Below, one piece after another: positions 39,684 to 48,006 of a stretch of 64,000 nt of DNA. How positions within the stretch are numbered: position 1 is the stretch's first letter; every line of letters begins with the position of its first letter. Location of the stretch: NCBI GenBank assembly GCA_020431405.1, contig JAGQIK010000677.1, positions 620 to 64,619 on the forward strand, read 5' to 3'. The notes below the pieces were generated by a model, which did no database searches, was not told where the DNA came from, and was given only the letters and a program-made list of their open reading frames with translations. A program made the translations under genes and the position numbers. This DNA comes from Myxococcales bacterium. GTDB taxonomy: Bacteria > Myxococcota_A > Polyangia > GCA-2747355.

Positions 39684-41051
39684 TCACGGGTAGCACTGCC
39701 CGCTGGTGGAGAGCGGGCAGCGCGCGACGATCGCCGTGCCGTTGAGCTCGCCGACCAAGAACAACGTGCTGCCCACACGGACGACGTCGTGCAGCTGCCC
39801 GTTGGTCGACGCGATCCACATCGAGCGCGGGTTGTTCAGCGCAGTGTCGATGATCGCGATGTACGGCCGTTTGCCGCCATCTTGGCCGACCACGGCGACC
39901 TCGGTAGGGCCGACGAACCGCGCGCCGAGCGGCTCGAATCCGGAGAGCGCGTTGATCGTCGTGCTGGTCCGGCTGCCCGTGCCATCCATGTGGACCACCG
40001 TCAGGCCGGCGGCGGTTTCGCCGAAGGCCATCACCAGGTCGCCTGAGCTAGCAGCCGCTCGAGCGGAATAGCTGCCGAAGCTCGTGCTGACGACGGGGCC
40101 AGCGGTGCAGTTCGGCGGGCAGGTGGATGGCAGGTTTTGGAGGGCGATCGTGCCCGCGCTGTCGACGTATGTCAGCCGCGAGCGTTGAAGTCCGTCGAGC
40201 TCGAAGGCCAGCGTGGCGAACGGGGAGACCAGCCCTTGTGCCAGGTTGAGCACGGCGATCGGCGTGCCGAGCACACCGCCCGTGCCTCGAAAAGCCAATG
40301 ACAGGATCACGGGGCCATTACCCATGGCCACGATGAAGCCCTGAGGCGATCCGACGATCACCGGGGCCTGCTGCAGGTTGGAGCCGATCGTGGTGTTGCT
40401 CCACGCGTTGGAGGCAGGGGCTGCGTTGGTTGGCAGTGAAGAGGGGATCGCGGCGAAGCCAGTGGACATGCCGCCAGAGATGCCGCTGCCGACGACGGCG
40501 AGGTTGGGCGGCGAGCCGAACAGCACCACGCCGTGGGCCGCGGTCTGCGAGATGGCCGAGAGGCCGATCGCTGCAGGCCCCCAATCAGGCGCGAACGTCG
40601 CCTGGCAGGCGTCGATGCGATAGAGGACAGCGTTCTTGCTGCCGCTGTCGCTGCCGACCGCGTAGATCTTGCGACGGGAGTGGTCGGCGGCAACGCCCAA
40701 CAGCGGACCGCTGGAGAGGGTCAACACGCCGGCACCGGGCGCGCAGATCACGCTGGCGTCTGTTTGCGGCGGCGGCGGGCCGTCCGACAAGAAGACGTCT
40801 ACCGTGAAGTCGGTGGGGGTGCCCGGGATGTCGCCCGGCGGCAGGTCGGGGATCGGCAAGTCTCGCGTGCTGTCTACGGTGGTGTCCGTCGGCGGCCTGT
40901 CCACGGTGATGTCGGGTGGCGGAGGCGTGCTGATATCGGTCGGGCCGTCGGGGATCGGACTCGCGTCGCTAGCCACAAACGGCGCGATCTGCCGGCAGGC
41001 GAAGAGCGCCGTGATGCCAACTAGCGGCGCGATCACGCGAAGGAGTCTCAC
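39684..41051 (-). CDS. lipoprotein, family paralog 2 of 3
   Basis: Probable GTG start at 41051 (VRLLRVIAPLVGITALFAC lipobox). PT-rich linker. C-terminus IVARCPLSTSGQCYP. The ORF-table extension to 41174 overlaps paralog 3 and is rejected. Confidence 0.55.
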   Translation of the reverse strand: MRLLRVIAPLVGITALFACRQIAPFVASDASPIPDGPTDISTPPPPDITVDRPPTDTTVDSTRDLPIPDLPPGDIPGTPTDFTVDVFLSDGPPPPQTDASVICAPGAGVLTLSSGPLLGVAADHSRRKIYAVGSDSGSKNAVLYRIDACQATFAPDWGPAAIGLSAISQTAAHGVVLFGSPPNLAVVGSGISGGMSTGFAAIPSSLPTNAAPASNAWSNTTIGSNLQQAPVIVGSPQGFIVAMGNGPVILSLAFRGTGGVLGTPIAVLNLAQGLVSPFATLAFELDGLQRSRLTYVDSAGTIALQNLPSTCPPNCTAGPVVSTSFGSYSARAAASSGDLVMAFGETAAGLTVVHMDGTGSRTSTTINALSGFEPLGARFVGPTEVAVVGQDGGKRPYIAIIDTALNNPRSMWIASTNGQLHDVVRVGSTLFLVGELNGTAIVARCPLSTSGQCYP

Positions 41052-41070
41052 CTGAAAACTATAGCCTCGA

Positions 41071-42492
41071 TCAGGGGCGGCACTGTCCGTTGAGGCCGAG
41101 CGGGCAGCGATAGAGCGTCGCGCTGCCAGCCGTGGTCGCCGCGTAGAACAACGTAGCGCCGAGCCTAGCCACATCTTGCAGCGTCCCGCTGACGGCGAAG
41201 GTCATGGAGCGGTCGGGCAACAGTGTGCCGGTGTTGATGATCGTCGCGAAGGGCTGGCCTGCCTTTTCGCCGACGACGGCGACCTCGGCGTTGCCAACAA
41301 ATCGCGCGCGGACCGGCCGAAATCCGGCGAGGGCGGTCGGATACTGCGACGAGACCGCACCCGAAGCGCTCAGCTTCGTGACCTTGAGGTGACCTGCTTC
41401 AGCGCGAACGGCGATCACGTCGGTGCGCGCGGCGACAGCGGTGTCGCTGTTGCCGAAGCCAGCGTCGTTGACCGGCGCGGCTGCTATGCAGCTGCCGCTG
41501 AAGCAGCTCGTGGGCACCTCTTGAAACGTCAAGGTGCCTGCGGCGTTGGTGTAGGCCAGTCGCGGTACGGCGAAAGTGTCGGTCGAGAACGCACGCGGGA
41601 CGAATGGGCCGCTGGCCTGCGCTGCGAGGTTGGTGATCACCGTGGCGCTCGATAGCATCGAGAGATTGGAAAACGTCCGGCCAACCAGAAAGGAGCCGTC
41701 GGACCACGCCATCGCCAATCCGGCCGCGAGCCCGACGGCGCGCACTTCGCTGCGAACGTCGTTGCCGAAGAGCGCGCTGTCCCAGCTGGTCGGTGGCCCG
41801 TTGGTTGGCAGGCCCGTGCTGGGCACCGCGACGAAGGCCAGCTGCACGGCGCTCCCGCTGATCTGTTGGCCTACGCCGGTGATACAAAGGGTGCTCGGCG
41901 TGCCGCAGAGCGCCACGTCGGTGGCTGCCGAGACGGTCAACGTGGCCACCTTGATGGTTGCCGGGACCCAGTCGGGGGCAAGCGTGGCGCCGCAGCCGTA
42001 CAAGGCGCTGAGCGACGCGAGGCTGTTGGTGTAGTCGACGCCGACCGCGTAGACCCGCTGGCCCAGAGTGTCGACGGCGAGCGCTCTCAGCTCGCCGCTC
42101 ACGAGCGATGCGGTGGCCGCGCTCGTGATGCAAGCGTTCGTGGCGTCGTTCGATGTATCGGAGACCGCGTCGATGACCTGGCTATCGGGAGCTCTCGCGT
42201 CGGCCGCGAGGTCTTCGCCCACGTCTGCCAATAGCAGGTCGGGGGCGAGATCGCGCCCAGCGCGCTCGACGGCGAGGTCATCGACAGAGGCATCGACAAC
42301 GATGCGTGCGTCGGCGGCGAAGAATGCCGCGATGCGCTCACAACCGCCGAGGCTGACGAGCGTCGCCAGCAGGAGCAGGCTCGACCGTATCACCTCGCAA
42401 GTCTGCCAGAACTCGTCGCTGCGCAGGCTATGATGTCCCCCATGTCGCGCGAGATGCGCAACCTCGTCGAGCCAGGACGCGAGATCGATCAC
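41071..42492 (-). CDS. lipoprotein, family paralog 3 of 3
   Basis: Lipobox SLLLLATLVSLGGCE (the true start is probably internal to the ORF-table start). C-terminus LYRCPLGLNGQCRP. Shared internal blocks (DACQATFAPDWGPAAI in paralog 2 vs GCGATLAPDWVPATI here, and the RCP..CxP end) are visible across the family. Confidence 0.55.
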   Translation of the reverse strand: MIDLASWLDEVAHLARHGGHHSLRSDEFWQTCEVIRSSLLLLATLVSLGGCERIAAFFAADARIVVDASVDDLAVERAGRDLAPDLLLADVGEDLAADARAPDSQVIDAVSDTSNDATNACITSAATASLVSGELRALAVDTLGQRVYAVGVDYTNSLASLSALYGCGATLAPDWVPATIKVATLTVSAATDVALCGTPSTLCITGVGQQISGSAVQLAFVAVPSTGLPTNGPPTSWDSALFGNDVRSEVRAVGLAAGLAMAWSDGSFLVGRTFSNLSMLSSATVITNLAAQASGPFVPRAFSTDTFAVPRLAYTNAAGTLTFQEVPTSCFSGSCIAAAPVNDAGFGNSDTAVAARTDVIAVRAEAGHLKVTKLSASGAVSSQYPTALAGFRPVRARFVGNAEVAVVGEKAGQPFATIINTGTLLPDRSMTFAVSGTLQDVARLGATLFYAATTAGSATLYRCPLGLNGQCRP

Positions 42493-45400
42493 TTTCGCGT
42501 GATCCGGCTACTCGGAGAGGGCGGCTTCGGTGAGGTCTACCTGGCTCGCGACAGCAAGCTGGGGCGCAAGGTCGCGCTCAAGCTGATCCACCCGCGCCAC
42601 GTCGGCTCGCGCGAGGCCATCGATCGCTTCCTCTTCGAGGTTCGCGCCACGGCGCGCTTCAACCATCCCAACATCGTCACCGTCTACGCGGTGGGCGAGC
42701 ATCGCGGCGTGCCCTACGTGGCCCTCGAGTATCTCGAGGGGCAGACGCTGCGCGAGCGCATCAACGAGCATCGGCCGCGTCTCAAGGAGGCGCTGCGCAT
42801 GGCCGCCGCCATCGCGCGCGCGCTCGAGGAGGCGCACCGTCACGGCATCCTCCATCGCGACCTCAAGCCCGAGAACGTTCTGATCCCTGCCGATGGGCGC
42901 CTGCGCGTGGTCGACTTCGGCTTGGCCAAGAAGATCGCCACGCCCGAGCAGCAGGCGCGCGCCGCCGAGGCGCTGCGCGAAGAAGAGCTCCCCGCGTTCA
43001 CGACGCCTACCGAGCCGCTCGACACCGTGCGCGATCTGGCGCTGGGATCCGACCAAACACTGCCACCGGAGCAGGCCCACGGGCTCGCCGCGGCGGTGGC
43101 GCTGGGCGTCGACCGGCCGACCATCGAGCAGCTGACGCTGGCAAGCTACCAGAGCGAAGAGAGCGCGCAGGTGCGCGGTACGCCGGCCTACATGAGCCCC
43201 GAGCAGTGGCGCGGGCTGGCGCTCTCCAGCGCAGCCGACGTGTGGGCGCTCGGCGTGATGCTCTTCGAGATGCTCGGCGGCACGCTGCCCTTCGGCTACA
43301 GCTCTCCGCTCGCCATCGCGACGCAGGTGTGCGGCAAGGAGCCGTCGCCGAGCCTGCCGCCTGGCGGCGCCGGCGACGCGCTGCGCGCGCTGGTGGCGCG
43401 CTGTCTCGACAAGGACCCCGACGCGCGCCCGAGCGCGGCGCAGGTGGCCGAGGCGCTCGAAGCCGAGCTCGGCGGCGGCGTCAAGCCGAGCGACGAGCGC
43501 GGTCCGTTTCGCGGGCTGCTGCCGTTTTCCGAGCGCGACACGGGCCTCTACTTCGGCCGCGAAGCCGAGACCAACGCGTTTCTCGAGCGCCTGCGTGTCG
43601 AGCCTACGCTCGCCATCGTCGGCCCCTCGGGCGCCGGCAAGAGCAGCTTCGTGCATAGCGGCGTCGTGCCGCGTCTGCGCGAGCAGGCGCACTGGCTGGT
43701 GCTGCCGCTGCGACCGGGCGCCACCCCCTTTCGGGCGCTGGCCAACCGCCTGCTTCACGGCGAGCACTCGCGCTCGGCGGCGCAGCGCGCGACGACGATG
43801 CAGCAGCCGCAGGTCGCCGAGGCGCGCGCCCAGGCTGCCGGCGCGGCGCCGCCGGCCAGCGAAGAGGAAACCTCGCAGCGCCGCGGCCTCTTCGAGGGCC
43901 AAGACGTCGAGTCGCTGGCCGCGATGCTCGAGGAGTCGCCGGAGCGCCTCGCGCTGCTGTTGCCGCGCCTCGCGCAGCGGCACGGCGGGCGCGTGCTGCT
44001 GCTCGTCGACCAGCTCGAGGAGCTGCACACGCTCACCGAAGACGTCGAGACGCGGCGGCGCTTCATGCGCGCGCTCGCTGCCGCGGCCGACGACGTCGAC
44101 GAGCCGGTGCGCCTGGTGGTGACGCTGCGCGACGACTTCCTCGGTCGCGTCGCCGAAAGCGAAGCCGCCGCGCGCGTGCTGCGCAACGTCACGGTGCTGC
44201 GCTCGCCGGGCCGGCAATCGCTGCGCGACATCCTCGAGCGGCCTCTCGCGGCGTTCGAGTATCGTTACGACGACGAGAAGCTTCCGGCCGAGATGATCGA
44301 CGCCGTGGTCGACGAGCCGGCCTGTCTGCCGCTGCTCTCGTTTGCCGCCCAGCAGCTGTGGGAGCGGCGTGACCGCGAAAAGCGCGTGCTGCGGCGCGCC
44401 GACTACGACGAGATCGGCGGTGTCGCTGGCGCGCTGGCGACCCACGCTGACGCGCTGCTGTCGGCGATGGCGCCTGGTGAGCTCGACATCGCGCGCAAGC
44501 TGCTGATGCGCCTCGTGACCGCCGAGGGCACGCGCCGCACGGTGGCGCGCGCCGCGCTCGTCGAGGGCCTCGAAGAGCAAGCCGAGCGGGTGCTCGAGCG
44601 CCTCACCGAGGCGCGATTGCTCGCGCTGCGCAAGCCGGACACCGACAGCGAGCCGCACTACGAGCTGGCGCACGAGGCGCTGATCACGCGCTGGGAGCGG
44701 CTCGCCGCCTGGCTCGACGAGAGCGCCGACGAACGCGCCTTCGTCGCGGAGGTCGGCCAGGCTGCCGACCTGTGGCACAAACGCGGCCGTCGCGACGACG
44801 AGGTCTGGTCGGGCGAAGCGCTCGACGACGCGCTGCGCTCGCTGCGCCGCGTGCGCGAGGGCGTTCCGGAGCTGGTGCGACAGTTTCTGGAGCGCGGCAA
44901 GATCGTGCAGAAGGAGCGCGAATCTGAGCAAGAACGTGTGCGGCGTGCACGACGACGGACACTGACCATCGCCACGGTCGTGGTGCTGCTGGCGGTCTCG
45001 ATCTTCGCCACCGCCTGGATGATGCGACTGCGCGGCGAGCGGGTGCGCATCGATCGCGAGCGTGCGCTGGCGCTCGTCGCCGGCGCGTTCAGCCTCGGCG
45101 ACGCGCAGGCGGTCGCGGCCAAGGCGCGCATTCGTTCGGCGCTCGAGCTCGGCGACCACCCCGACGCGCGCCTCGCCTGGTGGAGCCTCGGGCGTCACGG
45201 CCTGCGCTTCGAGAAGCGGCTCACGCGTCAGGCGGTGGCCATCGCTTTCAGCCGCGACGATCGCGGCGTGTGGGTTCTCGATCGCGATGGCCGACTGCGC
45301 CGGCTCGCGCTGCAGCACGACGAGTGGCAGTCCGTGGCGTCACTTGCAGGCAAGCGCCTCGATGCCTTCGCGGTGCTTGCCGATGGGCGCCTCGTCGTGA

Positions 45401-48003
45401 GCTGGCGCGACAAGAAGCGGCGCTTCGTCGCGCTGTGCTGGCCCCAAAGCGGCAAGCTGCAGATCGTCGGGCGCTTGCCGCCGATCGCGGTGGCGCTGGC
45501 GCGGATGGAGGCCAAGGACCGGCGCGTGTGCCTCGCGGTCTACCAGGCGATTCACTGCTGGGACGTGGCGACGCAAAAACACGACGGGACCTTTCCGGGA
45601 GGCAACGCGATGCGTCTGGCAACGCGCTCGAATCTGCTGGCGTCGACGTCGAGCTTTCGCCGCATGCAGATCCTGGTCAACGGCAAGCGCGACCACTCGT
45701 GGCAGGTCTCGGACGAGAGGCATTTTTTCCCGCTCGCCTTCGCGCCTGACGGCCGGTTTCTGCTGCACGGCAGCGGTCAGCGGCTATGGCGCATGTGGCC
45801 GTCACGCCGGGCGCCGCACGTTCTGACCAGCATCTCGGGCAGCATCGCGAACATCGCCTTCGCGCCGCAGGGGTCGCTCGTGGCTGTCGGAACGACGACG
45901 GCTCGCATCCACCTCTACTCGCTGTCGGACGGCGGCGTGCGCCCCGTCGGCCCCGTGCTGACGTGGAAGGCGAAGAACGACCTGGTGGCGCTGCTCGCGT
46001 TCAACAGCCGCGGAACCGCGCTGGCAGCGAGCAGCCGCTCCGGTCGCCTGCGCATCTGGGACGTCACGCTGCGCGGCGGCGAACGCAACAGCGGGCACGA
46101 CGGGGCCATCCGCACGCTCGACGTCAGCAGCAAGGGCGTCGTCGCCAGCGGCGGCAGCGACCACCTGCTCAAGCTATGGCGCCCCTCGCACGCCCACGAG
46201 ATCGCCTCGCGCGATGTCAGCCCCACGAGCATCACGGCGCTGCGCTACAGCCACGCCGGAGACAGGCTCGCCGTGGGTTTTGCCAACGGCCGCGTCGAGG
46301 TCGCCAAGGGCACGCTGTCGCTGAGCGGAGCGGCGTTGGTGCCCCTCGGCGCGTGGGTCAGCTCGCTCGCGTGGAGCAGCGACGATCGCTACCTGGCGGC
46401 AGGTGGCTGGGACGGGAAGGTCGCGGTCTATCGCGACGGCCAGCGCCTCTACCGCTTCGAGCACCACGCCGCGTCCATGGTGTGCGCGCTGGCCATCTCG
46501 GAGGACGACAAGCGACTAGCGGTGGTGTCGTGTCGACAGCGGCCGCCCAACCGCAAGGTCATCGGCGTCTACGATCTCGCCAGTGGTCGACTGCTCTCCA
46601 GCGGCAGCACGCGCAGCCACGCGCTCACCGCCGGCGCCGTGTTTCGCGGAGACACGGTGCTCGTCGAGGACGGGTGGCAAGGCGTGGTCTACTTCCGTGA
46701 TGGCTATGCCTGGCGTGAAGACACGTCACGCCAGCAGTTTGGCGGCAGGATGTTCCTGTTCGACTACGGCCGCCTGACCATGCGTTTGGCGACCAACGCC
46801 CACGACCACATGGCGGCGCTGGTTCTGCATTCGGCCGCTACGCCGCCTCGGGGGCGCTACATCGCGGGCGGCAGCGGCATGATCGTCGACGTCGGATGGC
46901 GTCGTGGGATGATCGCCAGCGGCGACGCGGCTGGCGCACTGCAGCTGTATCGAGCGCCGCGTTATCTGCCGCAGTGGTCGACGTTGATGGTGGGCGGACG
47001 CCGCCGCTACCTCTACACGCGCACGCATCGCATCGATCTGCGGCGCGGCGTGCGCGAGCCGCTGCCAGCGACGCGGTGGATGCGCGCGCTCGGCCAGCGC
47101 GGCCTGATGGCCGCCGAGCATCGCTCGGGGCTGCTCTGCATGGCCGATGACCGCGGCGCGGTCGAGGTCTGGGATACGGCAGCGGACCGCCAGCTGGCGA
47201 CGGTGCGCATGCCGCCGCTCGCGTCGATCGGGATCGTGACGCTCCCAGGACAGCTCTCGCGAGCCATCAGCTATCCGATCTCCGTGCGAGCGATCTTCGC
47301 CGGCGACGCCGACGAGTGTCTGGTTCACGCCAACGAGCGCCTCTACGTCATCTCTCGCGCCGGCAAACGGCGCGACGTGGGCTCCTGCGCGCGGTTTAGC
47401 CAAGCGCCTGGAGGCTTCTTCTGCCAGCGCTGGCGCGACAAGGTCACGGTGATCAGCGCGCGAGGCGACGTGCTGGCGCGCTTCGCCACGCGCGACGTGA
47501 TCGACGCGCTCGTGCGCGACCGAGCGCGTGCAGGCGGCTGGATCGTCGCAGGCCCAGCTGACGCGCGTCGCTACTGGGCGCTGATGCGTGTCGGCGGCAA
47601 GAGCGGTGGAGACGCGCTGCCCGGCGCTGGCGCGCTGCTCGGCCGCGTGACGGCGCTGATGTGGCTCGAGTCGAAGCGCTCTCGCGCGCTTGCCAGGCGT
47701 CTGCTGTTCACGGGCAACAATCGTGGGGTGGTCACCGCGTTTGACGCGCGTCGCCTGCGCGTCGTCGCGCGCTGGAAGCTGCACGGCGTGATCCAGGACA
47801 TCTGGCAGGAGCGTGGCCACGTCATCGTCGTCAGCGCGCAGGGAGACTTCCGGCGCATCGACATCTCGATGCTCGAGATGCCGTACTGTCAGCTGATGCG
47901 CGACGTGTGGCGCGTTACGCCGCATGTCTGGCGCGAGGAGGGCGTGATACCGGTGAGGCCGCCCAAAGATCACCACTGCTCGCGACGGGGCAGCGAGCGC
48001 TGA
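42430..48003 (+). CDS. Ser/Thr protein kinase fused to P-loop (NACHT/STAND-like) NTPase, a transmembrane segment and C-terminal WD40 beta-propeller repeats
   Basis: Kinase subdomains: GEGGFGEVYLA, VALK, HRDLKPENVLI, DFGLAK, GTPAYMSPE. Walker A GPSGAGKSSFV with downstream LLLVDQLEEL. Hydrophobic helix TLTIATVVVLLAVSIFATAWMM at about 44961..45025. After it, repeated WD-like units (RLRIWDV, LKLWRP, GKVAVY...). Confidence 0.85.
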   Translation: MMSPMSREMRNLVEPGREIDHFRVIRLLGEGGFGEVYLARDSKLGRKVALKLIHPRHVGSREAIDRFLFEVRATARFNHPNIVTVYAVGEHRGVPYVALEYLEGQTLRERINEHRPRLKEALRMAAAIARALEEAHRHGILHRDLKPENVLIPADGRLRVVDFGLAKKIATPEQQARAAEALREEELPAFTTPTEPLDTVRDLALGSDQTLPPEQAHGLAAAVALGVDRPTIEQLTLASYQSEESAQVRGTPAYMSPEQWRGLALSSAADVWALGVMLFEMLGGTLPFGYSSPLAIATQVCGKEPSPSLPPGGAGDALRALVARCLDKDPDARPSAAQVAEALEAELGGGVKPSDERGPFRGLLPFSERDTGLYFGREAETNAFLERLRVEPTLAIVGPSGAGKSSFVHSGVVPRLREQAHWLVLPLRPGATPFRALANRLLHGEHSRSAAQRATTMQQPQVAEARAQAAGAAPPASEEETSQRRGLFEGQDVESLAAMLEESPERLALLLPRLAQRHGGRVLLLVDQLEELHTLTEDVETRRRFMRALAAAADDVDEPVRLVVTLRDDFLGRVAESEAAARVLRNVTVLRSPGRQSLRDILERPLAAFEYRYDDEKLPAEMIDAVVDEPACLPLLSFAAQQLWERRDREKRVLRRADYDEIGGVAGALATHADALLSAMAPGELDIARKLLMRLVTAEGTRRTVARAALVEGLEEQAERVLERLTEARLLALRKPDTDSEPHYELAHEALITRWERLAAWLDESADERAFVAEVGQAADLWHKRGRRDDEVWSGEALDDALRSLRRVREGVPELVRQFLERGKIVQKERESEQERVRRARRRTLTIATVVVLLAVSIFATAWMMRLRGERVRIDRERALALVAGAFSLGDAQAVAAKARIRSALELGDHPDARLAWWSLGRHGLRFEKRLTRQAVAIAFSRDDRGVWVLDRDGRLRRLALQHDEWQSVASLAGKRLDAFAVLADGRLVVSWRDKKRRFVALCWPQSGKLQIVGRLPPIAVALARMEAKDRRVCLAVYQAIHCWDVATQKHDGTFPGGNAMRLATRSNLLASTSSFRRMQILVNGKRDHSWQVSDERHFFPLAFAPDGRFLLHGSGQRLWRMWPSRRAPHVLTSISGSIANIAFAPQGSLVAVGTTTARIHLYSLSDGGVRPVGPVLTWKAKNDLVALLAFNSRGTALAASSRSGRLRIWDVTLRGGERNSGHDGAIRTLDVSSKGVVASGGSDHLLKLWRPSHAHEIASRDVSPTSITALRYSHAGDRLAVGFANGRVEVAKGTLSLSGAALVPLGAWVSSLAWSSDDRYLAAGGWDGKVAVYRDGQRLYRFEHHAASMVCALAISEDDKRLAVVSCRQRPPNRKVIGVYDLASGRLLSSGSTRSHALTAGAVFRGDTVLVEDGWQGVVYFRDGYAWREDTSRQQFGGRMFLFDYGRLTMRLATNAHDHMAALVLHSAATPPRGRYIAGGSGMIVDVGWRRGMIASGDAAGALQLYRAPRYLPQWSTLMVGGRRRYLYTRTHRIDLRRGVREPLPATRWMRALGQRGLMAAEHRSGLLCMADDRGAVEVWDTAADRQLATVRMPPLASIGIVTLPGQLSRAISYPISVRAIFAGDADECLVHANERLYVISRAGKRRDVGSCARFSQAPGGFFCQRWRDKVTVISARGDVLARFATRDVIDALVRDRARAGGWIVAGPADARRYWALMRVGGKSGGDALPGAGALLGRVTALMWLESKRSRALARRLLFTGNNRGVVTAFDARRLRVVARWKLHGVIQDIWQERGHVIVVSAQGDFRRIDISMLEMPYCQLMRDVWRVTPHVWREEGVIPVRPPKDHHCSRRGSER

Positions 48004-48006
48004 CCG

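Noticed and set aside
42508-45318. 936-aa minus-strand ORF
   Set aside because: Antisense to the kinase-NTPase region, which has canonical kinase subdomains and a Walker A.
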